A stretch of 64,000 nt of DNA from Pelomyxa schiedti. Its lineage: Eukaryota; Protista; Evosea. A model generated the notes under the pieces. The model had not been told where the DNA came from. It worked only from the letters and a program-made list of their open reading frames with translations, and did not search any database. Position 1 is the stretch's first letter; each line of letters starts with the position of its first letter. The position numbers were made by a program, and so were the translations under genes. Positions 1 to 11,927 of the stretch are shown here, one piece after another. The stretch is from positions 1-64,000 of the forward strand of contig JAHLWZ010000676.1 in assembly GCA_020536535.1 (NCBI GenBank), in the 5' to 3' direction.

Positions 1-218
1 TTCACGTTAGACTCGTCAGCGGCACAGTGCTCACTAATGAATTGAAGCGGATAGCCCGAAGTTAAAAGAACGAGCTGATCTGCTGGCTGCGCCGTGGCGT
101 CCTGGATTTGTTGCTGTACCAAGCGAGCCGGCGCGGGCACGTATGTATCCAGGAAGAAGAGAGCATATCCCCTCAACTGGAACGCCATGGTCAGCGTGGT
201 ATGTGGTGGACTTGACAT
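1..218 (-). CDS. 5' end (ubiquitin-like header) of a second copy of the tandem kinase gene; runs off the window start
   Basis: MSSPPHTTLTMAFQLRGYALFFLDTYVPAPARLVQQQ, near-identical to the N-terminus encoded from 55438 (-). Confidence 0.75.
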   Translation of the reverse strand, partial: MSSPPHTTLTMAFQLRGYALFFLDTYVPAPARLVQQQIQDATAQPADQLVLLTSGYPLQFISEHCAADESNV

Positions 219-378
219 TCCTTCTTAACGTTTCGAGCAGGTGGAACGACCACCTGAGGGTCAGCCATGCATTGCTTACTTTGGGGCAGAGAATCTGATG
301 CACCACTCTATTGGTTCTTCTTGGAGAATGAGGGTGCCCATGCAGGAATAATCAGATCCCGGATTCCGACACACGAAA

Positions 379-595
379 ATGAAAGCGAAGGGCTCCTGGG
401 GTGGCAAAGCACCAGCGTCGCAAACCGCTGTTAAATACACACCGCCTACCATGTCATCAACCGCGTCCACACCGACCACCACCACCACGACGTCGACGCA
501 GTCGCACCGTTCCGCGTCGTCGGCCCCTGCCTCCACAGCATCAGCAGCTTCCACCACGGCACCGAGGGGCGGGCGAGGCAGAGGGACCAGGAGCG
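379..595 (+). CDS. 5' end of a second copy of the SPL-like radical SAM gene, truncated by the assembly gap
   Basis: MKAKGSWGGKAPASQ...RGGRGRGTRS matches the N-terminus at 55599 apart from two codon indels. Confidence 0.7.
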
Positions 596-695
596 NNNNN
601 NNNNNNNNNNNNNNNNNNNNNNNNNNNNNNNNNNNNNNNNNNNNNNNNNNNNNNNNNNNNNNNNNNNNNNNNNNNNNNNNNNNNNNNNNNNNNNN
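596..695. other. Assembly gap (100 N)
   Basis: Run of N characters. Confidence 0.99.
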
Positions 696-1023
696 GGAAG
701 CACATTGGTGTGTCTGTTGGCCGTTGGCGTGCTGCAAACTGTGTGCACACTGTTTTCCCAGAAAAACGCTCGTTTTTTGATCGTGTGCACACCGAAAAAG
801 TTTGGGCAGTCCCAATGATTACCACATCGGGCTTCTGCTTTATGCTTACAGTGCCACCGTTGCTGGCCTGCCTATCGGCGCCACTTTGCCCGTTGGGCCC
901 CTGCTTCCCTTTCCGCGACGTGCACAAGTCGATGACCTCACAGCCTCCGGTGCCATCGTCGTCGCCTTCCATTTTCGAATCTCTGGTGGAATTCAATAGA
1001 TCCAGATCTGCAAATTACTACCA

Positions 1024-3645
1024 ATGTCAGGGTCGGCGAGCGCTGCGCGGTCCCCTGCACAATTGGCATATAGCACGCGTGGCAGGGCGCCCTTGCAGCG
1101 AGACACCCACACGCCCGGCGCAGCCCGAGGTAATGTAGGCGGCGGGGCAGAGGCGACCTACCAGTATACCACGGAGCCCCCTGCCGCAGAAGAAACAGGC
1201 TTGGCGCCGGGCGACGGCGGCGATGCCCCCGAGTTTTTCATTGACAAAAGGGGCGCAAGGGGGACGCCGATAACCACGAGGGACGCATACGACGGAGAGT
1301 ACGACGCGGCGGCGGCGGTGGTGGAGGCCGAGATCGAGCCAGGGGCGGAGGAAGCCGAGGCGGTGGAGGACGGGGAGCAGATCCCGCTGGACCCCGAGGT
1401 CGTGATTCTCGCCGGGGAAGACGACGAGGCCGAAGTGGAGGCCGAGGAGGAGGGCTACGAGGCAACAGAGGACAAGGAAATAGAAGAGGAGGAGGAAGAA
1501 GAGGAAAACCAGGCCCAGGGGGAGCCGGACCAGGACCAGGATCAGGAGCCAGGGGAAGATAGCGACGTCGCGGAGGTGGAGGGGGCGCAGGAGGCCGGCG
1601 AGGGAGATGGAGAACAGTACGAGGATCAGGGCGGGACTGCAGAGGCGGCGGAGTACGGGGACGCCCAGGACGAGGTGATAAACCTAGAGGACCCAGAGGC
1701 CGAGGAGAGAGAGGGGGCGGCGGCCGAGGAGCAGGAACAGGAGCAGGACGAGGAAGAAGAAGAGGAGGAGGGGGAGGAAGACGACGCCGGCGAAGGGAAG
1801 CAGCAGCTTCCCATTGCGGAAGACGCGCCACCAGGCAACTCCGGGGCCCTGCCGAAGACTCTCGCCCGCAGGCCCGCGGCGCCCCGTGCTATGCAGGCCC
1901 CACAAGCTCGGCAAGGAAGCAGCACTACCAAACGTGTGGCCACTGCCAGTGTTGAGAGACCCAGCGTTGCCAAGGCAACAGGCAAGGCTGGCTACCCCGT
2001 GGGGCAGGTTCGCGGGGCAATGGCGCAAACCGCAACATCAGGCTCACGGAAGATCACTGCCCCGAGTTACACAGCCGCGGCAACCAGGCCGATCCCGCGA
2101 AAGCCTTTGGAGAATAGCAAGGTGAAGCCACTGGAGCAGAAGCAATCTCGAGTTTGTGAAGCACCTGTGGGTGCTGCAGTTAGGACTCCAGAGACATTTA
2201 CCACAATGGTAGTCTTTGTTCTCGACTCTCTTGTTCATGCAGCAGTGGACCCACGCAACCCATTGGCAGGGAAAAACCTTTACGTCCGGCCAGGAGCCAA
2301 GTACATGCTCACTTCACTGTTTGCAGCTACAAAAGGAACACAGAAATCAATTGGTTCTTCAGTTCGTGCACGTGGATCTGTTGGATTATCTCTTTGCAGT
2401 ATTGACAAAGAAATGACGCCCACAGCACGCAGGATAGGTGCTGTGATTCAAGCGGACTTGCCGTTTGTTAGTTACTACGAGCTTAATGCGCGAAATTGGG
2501 CTGGTGGACTACGTCAGTCCTGGAAATATTTACCTGAGCTTGGAATCCACCCTGACGCAAAGATTGTGTTCGTCACAGAATCTATGCCTCACAACCAGAT
2601 GAGGGATACAAATTTTGAAATCTTCATGTTGGGCCCATTTCGTCCTGAGGCATGTGATGTCCGTAGAGAGGAAGAAAGCATGAAACAGCACACCCAAATG
2701 TTGCTTCAAAAACTATCTTTGAACACAGAATTTGGTCAAGACACGAACCTGATTCCCACAGAATTGGATAAGCCAACACAAGTGAATTTTGTACTTCTAG
2801 CGGCGCTGAGACATCAAGGAAACCCACACTTGTTTCATGAGTTATCTCCCCACTTGTTAGTAATTGTTCAATATTAATTTCACACCAGATATGAAAGAGA
2901 CACCAAGGTTTTTTTTGATTCCGGCTTCTTTAAACGAATGCTACTTGAAAAACATCTTCTCTTGGCCAAAAACTACCTTTCTTCATTTGTTAGGTACGGG
3001 TGTTGTCCTCTCTTGGCAAGACCAATTATATCTCTAGACACACACAAAGAACACATTCACAAATACCACTGAAAGCTGAAGGAAACAAACTAATCCTATT
3101 CCACACAGTCTTCCACCGGCTATACTATCTGCCTTTGATGCATTGGAACACTTGACAGATGATCCCAGTCGGTGCGCTGCTGATCTGAAAAACATACCGG
3201 CACTCTCAGAAGTTGTGGATACTGGTATTCCCCGGTCTTGAACTCATACGACTGTTTTAACATACAAAAAGATCCACAGAGTGCCATTCTTCTGTTCCAC
3301 AAGCACTTGGTTGAGACTGTAATCCAACCCCACCTCCACACCAAGACCACACCACCCGCACTCAACAAATTCGACTTGCTTACCCAAGGTGTTATTACCA
3401 AGCTTCTCAGCCAGCAAACAAAAACCAGCTCTGTTGACACAGACAGTGCCCTGGAGCCACTTCCGAAAAGGAGCCGAGTGGATCCTAAGCAACAACCACA
3501 GCAATCCACAACAAGCCACATTCACCCACCAACAGCTTTGTCAACAGCAACCACCACCCCCACAACAGAACTTGTTCCAACAGAGACAAACATCCCACAT
3601 GTTCAGGAGCATCCCTCTACACCACCACCACACAACAGACACTAA
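1024..3645 (+). CDS. Hypothetical protein with a long Glu/Asp-rich disordered N-terminus and a possible degenerate FCP1/NIF-like HAD domain; multi-exon 3' part
   Basis: 617-aa ORF 1024..2877 plus downstream fragments to 3645; VVFVLDSLVH...LYVRPGAKYML resembles NIF-family LVLDLDETLVH...RPG without the intact DxD. Confidence 0.55.
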
Positions 3646-3810
3646 ACAACAAACACCAAAAACAGGAGGAGCGTGAATAGGAACGTGCCACTTCACCAAG
3701 AAAAGTTTTGTTTTTCGAATAGGTGTCTCGGTTCCACACCTACATCACACCCTGGATTCCCAGTCACGAATTTGTATCTGCTTTCCGTTCACGTCTCTTC
3801 GCATCAGCGA

Positions 3811-5126
3811 TGTCGCAAACGGCCGAGCCTCCATCAACAAAGAGAACAAGGACCGGAACCGCCACAGCATCGTCAGCGCCGCGGTCCCCGTCCATCCTCA
3901 TCACCACCAACGGGCAGCTTTGCGCGGCGGCCACCCAGCCCCCGGGGCAGAGGCGGGGGGTCGTCGCGATGAGAAGGGGGCTGTGCGCCAGGCAGCAGTT
4001 CGTGGCGCTGGCCGCGGGCGCCGCGGTCCCCAGGTGCGGCTCGCGCAGCCCCCTCCGCGTGCTCTCGGGCCACCCCTCGGTCTTGGCCGACCTGGGCCGC
4101 GGCTGGGTCGTCCGCGCCGCCAGCACCGCGGCGTTCACGCTGCAGCGGCTCCACGGCTTCCCGTTCGTCTGCGCGTCTTACGCTCCGCTGTGCCCGCTGG
4201 ATGCCTTGCACCTTTGGGCGGAGGTGTCTCCCACAATGGGGGTTGTCGAATGCGGCTGGATTGAGATGGAGGCCTTGGGTGCCCCGTCGGGGGCGTATGT
4301 TGTCGGGTGCATTGGTGCCAACCGGGTGTTGGTTGTAGGGACAAACCACAGGTGGGCCGCTATAGTGGACCAGAGCGGCGCTGTGGTGAGGCACATATAC
4401 CCTGGCGATGATGGTGATACAGCTTCCTTATTGTGTGCCCACTGCAACTCGCACTGGATCGTTCTGGTTGGCTTCTTCCTGCTCCGCATCTGGAAGGTGG
4501 TGGATGGGATCCCACAGTGCAAGGACAAAAACCAAGTCCCATTCAGCATATTTGGTACAAGAGACTATGGGTTCTCTCCCGATGATGACGGCGTTTTTCT
4601 GCTCCTTGGGGACAAACGCCGCGGCGGCGCCGGCTTCATTCAATACGTCGACTTGGCAAAGTCGTTTGACTCCCAGTCGCTGGTAGTTTCCGAAGAACTC
4701 GACCTCCCTATGGTCCCAATACATGCAGTTCTATCCAGCCCAGTGCACGTACTATTCCAGACTGATGAGGAATTCCGAGTCCACAACACAATCACGGGGG
4801 CCTGTCATATCTTCCAAAAGCCCAGCTCGGTGTTGGGCCTTGGTCCCGACCACCTGTGTTTGACAAACATAAAGCATGACAACCAACACAACGAAACGGC
4901 GGTGCACAAGATATATCACAAGTCGGACCTCACAACACCGTGCAGAACAGTAACAGACTCTGCTCATCAAACGACATGCTTCCCACCACATACCGGTTTG
5001 CAGGTGACTACTCTGCAACAGGAGTCGCAGTTCAAGATCGAACTCGTAGACTGCGGCACCGGCGTAGTTCTTGTTGTATGTTGGGCGAAGAGGCTGATTC
5101 TGTTGTCTTGGCCGGACAACCCGTAA
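3811..5126 (+). CDS. Intronless hypothetical protein: short helical header followed by a beta-rich (propeller-like) region
   Basis: Uninterrupted ORF, first ATG at 3811 (MSQTAEPP); header ARQQFVALAAGAAVPRCGSRSPLRVL; remainder has alternating beta-strand patterns. Confidence 0.7.
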
Positions 5127-5365
5127 GCTATCATCTTTGCCTGACTGCGAAACCGGTGTATTGAGAGTCGTTTTACAGTTTTATTGACCAGTGAACGAAG
5201 AAGTACAAACCTGAGAAGAAACGAAAAAATCAAAACCCCTTCAAAAAGGAGGAAATCAACTCTTCGAAGGAAAAAAAAAAACACAAAAGAATGAAGACGT
5301 TGTTTGTAGGCTGCCTTTTGGTTGCCGTTGTCTTGGCCGGACAACCCGTAAGCTATCATCTTTGC
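5102..5365 (+). repeat. Exact 39-bp direct repeat (5102..5140 and 5327..5365)
   Basis: GTTGTCTTGGCCGGACAACCCGTAAGCTATCATCTTTGC occurs twice. Confidence 0.95.
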
Positions 5366-7668
5366 TTTTCCCAACGACCCTTTTTGGACTCTCACTCCAG
5401 TTTGTTGTATTGCAACACGTAGTACATATGGCCCGCGCCACAGACGTCATCTTATGGTTCTTCCACGCTGCTCCTCTCTCCTACTTTCGTGTTTTACACG
5501 AAGAGTACATCAACGATCCTCAGCAGAGCTATTGCTCGATATCAGGATCTTATTTTTTGCCACGAGCCATGGGAGGCTTCATACTCTGTTGCAAGGGACA
5601 CCATTCCCCTTCCTCAACTCACGATGTAAGTAGTTGTCGTTATCAACCAAGAGTTAACATGGTCTCTTTCCTTCTCACAGTAGCCTGAATACTGACGTCG
5701 AAAATCTGCAATTATACATGGACGAGGCATATTCGCTCACAGTCCCAAATAACGGAAACGTTGCCGTTCTTAAAGCTAATACTGTGTGGGGTGCTTTGAG
5801 AGGACTTGAAACCTTTTCTCAGCTGGTATGCCAGAAAAACACTGTGCTCCCCTTATTTGATTGCAGATTTCCTACGACTTCGCCAATCACGTTTACCTTC
5901 TAAAACTGGCACCCTGGTATATCACCGACGCACCCCAATTCCCACATCGAGGTATTCTTATTGATACTTCTCGTCACTTCCAGGTAATCTTTAACCTCCC
6001 CCAACTACTTTCAATTCCAATATTGTAGCCTGTCTCTGTCTTGAAACAAGTCATTGACAGTCTTGCTTGGGCGAAATTCAACGTCATGCACTGGCACGTT
6101 GTCGACTCACAGTCCTTCCCATTTGAGTCCTACACAGAACCAAATCTGTGGGACGGCTCTTGGTCCATTTATGTACTTGGTCTCTTTAATGAGGAATCCT
6201 TACATTTCATAGGAGCGTTACACACAGCAAGACATCCGCAACATTGTACAGTATGGAAGGGACAACGGCATCCGTGTCATGGTAATGCATTCAACTGTGC
6301 CATTATGGTAAGGCTTTTATAGATTGAGTTTGATCTTCCCGGCCACGCTGGGTCTTGGTGTGCAGGTTACCCAGAGGCAAGTCCCTCTTCCACTTCTGTA
6401 AATCTCACTCAAAATAGATCTGCCCCCGCCCAGATTGCTTGTAACATTTCTTTTGCTGCGTAATATTGCTTACCCTTGCTAGGGAACCTCTCGATCCAAG
6501 CACTGAAGATACCTTTACACTCCTAACCGACCTCTTCACAGAAATCACAGGGGGAGTTCAGGTATCTTTTTTTCCCTGCCATGCTTTCTTACATGATAAT
6601 AGGGAGCAGGCCTCTTCCCTGAAGATCTTTTCCACGTGCGTCCTTCTTCCCACATCTTCCTTGAGTAATTTTTTTTTCCCTAGTTGGGTGGTGATGAAGT
6701 AGACTACACATGTTGGGAAACAACAGACCGTACAGTTTTACCCTTTAACACTTATTCTCACCTCTTTTTCAAGATATCGTGGAATGGATGAATGCACAAG
6801 GCTACGACACGGTATGATTTTTGTGCCCCTGAACTGGAATTTAATCCTGCTTTCACAGGAAGATACATACATGTACTTTGTGAGCCGATCGCATGACATT
6901 GTTGAATCCCTTGGACGAAGCCCTGTAAATTGGCAGGAGGTCTTCAATCACTTCGGGAACGCTCTTGACAACAACACCATTATCCACGTCTGGTTAGACC
7001 ACGCAAAACTTGCTGTAAGTTATTATGTATCGACAGGATTACCTACCCTTGATTTCCTAGGAAGTTGTTGCTGCTGGGTACCGCGGAATTCTTTCCAACA
7101 ACGACGTTTGGTACCTGGACCATCTCTCGACTACGTGGCAACAATTTTACCTCAATGATCTTTATGAGGTGTGCTTAACATCATCCATTTGTTGACTGAA
7201 CCTGCCGAAGGGAATTTCCGATCCCGCCCAGCAGAAGTTGGTCATTGGTGGAGAAGTGTGCATGTGGGGAGAGACTGTAGACGCATCCGATATTTTCAAC
7301 ACCATTTGGCCAAGAGCTGCAGCTGCAGCGGTTTGATGCAATTCTCTTCTGTTTTCCGTTCTGATGTGATAACAGGAAAGGCTTTGGAGCCCGACATCTG
7401 TGACTGATACCACCGATGCACTTGGAAGATTGCAGGTGAGCCTCCAACACACTATTCCCACCCCCGAGTATTAATTCATGCCGCAGTGGTTCCGCTGCTT
7501 CATGAACAGCCGTGGCATCGCCGCAGCACCAGTCAGCAACAGGTCCTTTCTCCCCTCTCTTTCTGTCCTTTCCCCCCCCCGCCCCCCCAGATACATCTCC
7601 TTTCTAACATCTTCCCTAGTGTTGCCAGGTCAGCCCCCTCTGGCCCCTCCGGCTGCTACACAAGCTAA
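5291..7668 (+). CDS. Beta-N-acetylhexosaminidase (GH20, HexA/HexB-like), secreted/lysosomal, many introns
   Basis: Signal peptide [17 protein letters not shown]; IWPAPQ; DEAYSL; [17 protein letters not shown]; [14 protein letters not shown]; [16 protein letters not shown]; EFDLPGHA; GGDEV catalytic motif; GGEVCMWGE; IWPRAAAAA. Confidence 0.95.
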
Positions 7669-7769
7669 AAACCCAAACAACCACTTTTTGGTATCTTCAC
7701 AAGTTGTTGATTTTTTTCGCTTTTCTCAAAAACCGTTGCTTCGGGAAACAAAACCAAAAAAAACCTCCA

Positions 7770-8405
7770 ATGGGCAGATCAGGCGTTGGGGCACTGACAA
7801 CGTCCTCGTCTACTACGTCGTCTTCTACTTCCACAGCAACAACTTCAAGTGTTGCACCTCCGGCACCACCTCCAAATCCAGGTTTATCTCCCTTCGTGGT
7901 GTACGGCAACAGTCACCCATCGTTTGTTTTAAGCTAGGATTGTTCAAGCTGTGAACAAGTCCACGTATTCTCTGTCCAGTTGCAACACTTGGGGGCCATT
8001 CCCCCAGCTCCAAGTCCAATTCGATCTCTCAGCTCCCACGATTGTAACAGTTTCCTACAACATTACAACTTGGTAGGGCCAGTGGTGTCTTTACCGTTCT
8101 TTTGACTCTAGCCTTCCTTAGGTCAGATGACGCCAACCATTTGTGCACTAGACTGAATGTCGATGGGTCAGAGTGCCCAGTGAGCCGCACTATATCAGGG
8201 AACACTTTATTTCACTCGAACACTCTGAGTTTGCCACTATCATTAGGTTGCGTTTACCAAAGAAACCATTATTTGGAAAATCTAACTGCCTACATTAGAG
8301 AGCGGAAATCACACAATTTTTGTTGAGTACCGCACTCCTGGGCAGTTCCATGAAAGAGGCTACCATGACTGGAACATTGCTCAGTTGACAGTATTCATTC
8401 CTTGA
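7770..8405 (+). CDS. Small hypothetical protein: Ser/Thr/Pro N-terminus plus an all-beta domain (about 4 exons)
   Basis: Joining GT-AG introns gives ...WGPFPQLQVQFDLSAPTIVTVSYNITTWSDDANHLCTRLNVDGSECPVSRTISG...ESGNHTIFVEYRTPG...LTVFIP-stop. Confidence 0.6.
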
Positions 8406-8691
8406 AGCAGCTTTGCCTGTTGGATTAGAACAACGGTGTAAAAGTGGCGCTCTTCTTGTTCTCCGAACAACTTTGTCCCTTTCGTTTTTGGTGCCGTTCC
8501 GCGAAACCTAAAGGTTCAAATAACCAAGGAACATGCACCGTAAGCCCAAGATCAGCAAAGAGCAGCGCGCTGCATTCAAACTCGTGCGTGAAAAAGCTAG
8601 CAATTTTCATGGACTTTCTTGTTGATGGCTGTCTTTTCTTTTTGTTTTTTTTTTCGCTCTTGCCATCCGTCCCTCCTTGCTTTTTATTTCC

Positions 8692-11600
8692 ATGTCCAAA
8701 CAGGCGTTGCTGCAAGGGCCCGAATTGGCCACAGCTCTGACATCACCCTCTTCCCTTGTGAGCAAAGAGGCAGTGCAACGAAATTCGGAAGCTGTTACCA
8801 GTGTGTATATGGCCTGTGGTGTAGGTTCTCAGTTAGTAAAGGGGGCCATTATCTCGGAAATTCAATCTTCTGGTATTTCTTTATCTTTTCTGACACGCTA
8901 CAAATCATAATAATAATGTAAAAAAACACCTCTTTTTTCCTTGCCATTCATTGCTGTCTGTAGTGCAAGTTGAAACAATGTTTAGGATTAACTCACTGGC
9001 AACCCGCATAATGAATGTCTACTACAAACGTGTGGGCAAAGAGTACTTGAAGCACTGCTTAGGTCCCTTTTTTTCTGTGGTAACTTCGAAGGATTTCAAT
9101 TTACCGGTATTCACTCCCGTATTGTTTCAACTGAGCTTATGTTGGTGTTATTGTAGCTCTCTGGTCACATCACATCTCTCATTGCTCCTGAGGGAGTTGA
9201 TCTTAATGCCAGTGTGGCTAAGCTTGTGTGCATCATGCAGGATCTCTTCGATAGAATATTTAGTTCAAAAGAGATGTGCCCAATGTTCGTTTTTGCTTGA
9301 TTTCATACAGTATTGGGTTGACTGTTCCACAAGGTTACTAAGGCAAATATTCAACTTTGTTTTCACTGAGGTCGGCAAGAAAGCTCCCCATTTAAAACTT
9401 CTCTCTGTTGGGGGTTTTTTATTCCTGAGATTCATTTGCCCTGCTGTTCTTGGTCCAGAAGTATTTGGAATACTCCCTGGTTGTTTACAACCTTCCTTGC
9501 CTATAATAATGAATAGTTCAGACAAACCCTCGGACTCCGCAAGCAAAGTCATTATTTTGGTATTTTCCTCTGCTAAAACCCTGAAAACCTAATCATGGGA
9601 TAGTGCTCCTCTATTTTGCAAAAAATTGCCAATGCTTGTGAGTTCAGCAATCCCTCTCAAAACGAGCAGCTAGGTATGATCAACAAGCTCATCAGCAGGA
9701 ATTTGCCAACCCTCCTGAGTTTCCTTGAACAGATAGCAACAGTTAGGCATCAATATCTTTACTCGTGAGGAAGGGAGGGTGTTACATATACAATATTCAC
9801 CCTACAGCTAGGTTACCCTGCCTTTACCTGACTCCGGTCCGCCTATAGTGGATCCAGAAGAAAATATTGAAGAAATACTGAACCATCTTTTTCAGCAAAC
9901 AACAAAAAGTCTTGACTTGATTGTTGAATTCCTCAAGCAAAACTTCCCACAGGTTTTACTTGCCCTTATTTTTTCCTCATTAAATGTTTATTAGTACGAC
10001 CCCCAAAATATCAGTAGTATTGTAAGCAGCAGCAGTAGGAAAAGTGAAGCCAAAATAAGCGGGAAGCCAGTCGTGATAGATTTCCAGCCAACTCATTGTG
10101 GTGATGAAGCAACCACCAACCTCGCAGATGACTGCAACATTTCCCTTCTCAAGGCGAACAGCCTGAGGAGAGACTTTTCACGTGGATTTGAGGAATACTG
10201 TGACTTGTTGCATGCCTATGCCGAGCAAGAGTCTGTTGCACGCAGGGCTGCTGAGGCAGAAAATCGATTGCTCAGAATGAAGATAAAACAACTGGAGCAA
10301 CATGCCCTACGTGTGTGGTGTGTCATGTTGCCTGTGGTGCTTTTTTTTTTTTTTTTGTTTTTTGGCCAACACAACTCACTTTCTACACAGTTACATCTTC
10401 CCCCCCAATGGACATTTCTTTGTTCGAGGCTGACCCGACACAGTACATAACAGTTACAATATTTCCCGATTTCTTTTTCTCACTATTCATAGCAAGAGCT
10501 TGATGAAACAAAAAAACGATTTGTGAAGATTATGGACCGGCTTCTACAGCGCATATCTGAAATGCACGTTAAAATTTCTGGTATTAAGTATTACAACCCA
10601 ACAATTAGCTAAAAACCCTCAGAATCAGAGAATATCTCCGAAGTAGTCTTTCTTGGAAAAATCGCCCGAGAAGTATACCCTTTTCCACTGAAGGGAGTAC
10701 TTATTTGTAACAGATGCACACAATGGTGCAAACACCCATCAAATGCGATTCAAAGGTGAAACAGATACCTTTTGTCAACATTCAAAGCAACCCTGACTTG
10801 TGGGATAGAGTTAATGTTTTAAGGTGAGCTAGCTGCCGCCAAACGTGGCAAACCAAATTTGTTACCTGCCTTAAACAGAAAGGCCTCCCTACAAGCTCTT
10901 CATGAAGTAAGGTCGGATATTGAGAAAATCAGTGAGAATATGCCTTTCATTTTTCAGATGTATGACCTGGATAGGAGGCTTGTTGACTTATTCAAGGTTG
11001 TTATTAATTCCGACCAATGGCATACTCTCATACACTCACCATAAGATGGCGAAGCAATCTGATACCATAGCCCAAGCATCCTCGGCGTCCTCTACCTCTC
11101 TAACCCAAACACAACAATTGCAACCACCCCAGGCAATACAGCAGCAACCTCAGCTTCAATCGCAAGTCCACCCTCAACCACAACAACAACAACAACAACT
11201 AGCTCCCCATCCCCACCCACAGCCGCAGACATCCCTCCCCACGTCATTAACACCAACACCTGCATCATCTTCATCTCCCTCACCATCCCCTCCTCTCATT
11301 TCCTCCACATCGTCATCCCCATCATCACCCTCCTCCACTACCCCCTCACACTTCCCTGTGCTTGGCTTATCGCCACCTCCTTCCAGTCCTGCACCCCAGC
11401 CCGCCCTGTCCTCATTGAGTACATCTACCTCCCACCCAAGCCAACAACAGCAGCAACCCAAGACAACACCGGTAGCAGCTTCAACAGCACAGCAGCGCCC
11501 ACAGCCACTTCAGCCCCACTCCTCATTAGCAACATCACCCACGTCCACTTCAACACCAGGTGCCAAACACCCCTACAGTTCCTTCACACTTCCCTCACCA

Positions 11601-11747
11601 CATCCCCCACACCACACCACAGTAAATACAGCAACACCCCACACATCAAATGCACCACCAGTTGCATTGCCTGAAAACACCCCACCTCCTCCACCTCTGG
11701 AATCCTCTTCTTCGTCCTGGACCCGTGGGGCTAGAACCTCCAGTTGA
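8692..11747 (+). CDS. RasGAP domain protein with coiled coil and Pro/Ser/Gln-rich C-terminus (multi-exon; 3' structure approximate)
   Basis: TMFRINSLATR (arginine finger), GGFLFLRFICPAVLGPE (FLR signature), ILQKIAN. Confidence 0.85.
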
Positions 11748-11927
11748 ACAAAAAGTCAAACAAACCCTTGTTATTTTTGTATTCAACCAGCTTTCAAATT
11801 TTGTGGCACCCTACTGTACAGCTGGGATTATGAACTCAGGTGTGAAGGACTTGCTATGCCATCCAGTGCCCCAGAAAGAATCAAGTGGGCAAGAACTTGA
11901 TTCACTCAATTTGGGAACTTATCCATA

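Larger units (their letters stand above)
1..595 (+). repeat. Copy 1 of a segmental duplication (or alternative haplotype) of 55221..55821, carrying the 5' ends of the divergent tandem-kinase and radical SAM genes
   Basis: Base-by-base match to 55221..55821 with about 11 substitutions and two 3-bp indels; ends at the N gap. Confidence 0.95.

Noticed and set aside
1238-2125. Several long overlapping Pro/Arg-rich ORFs on both strands
   Set aside because: Antisense or alternate-frame shadows of the GC-rich low-complexity part of the 1024 gene; the same applies at 3.7-4.4, 16-18 and 45.4-46.2 kb
5102-5365. 39-bp partially palindromic direct repeat as a CRISPR mini-array
   Set aside because: Only two copies, 186-bp spacer, no cas genes, eukaryotic context, and both copies overlap coding or splice sequence
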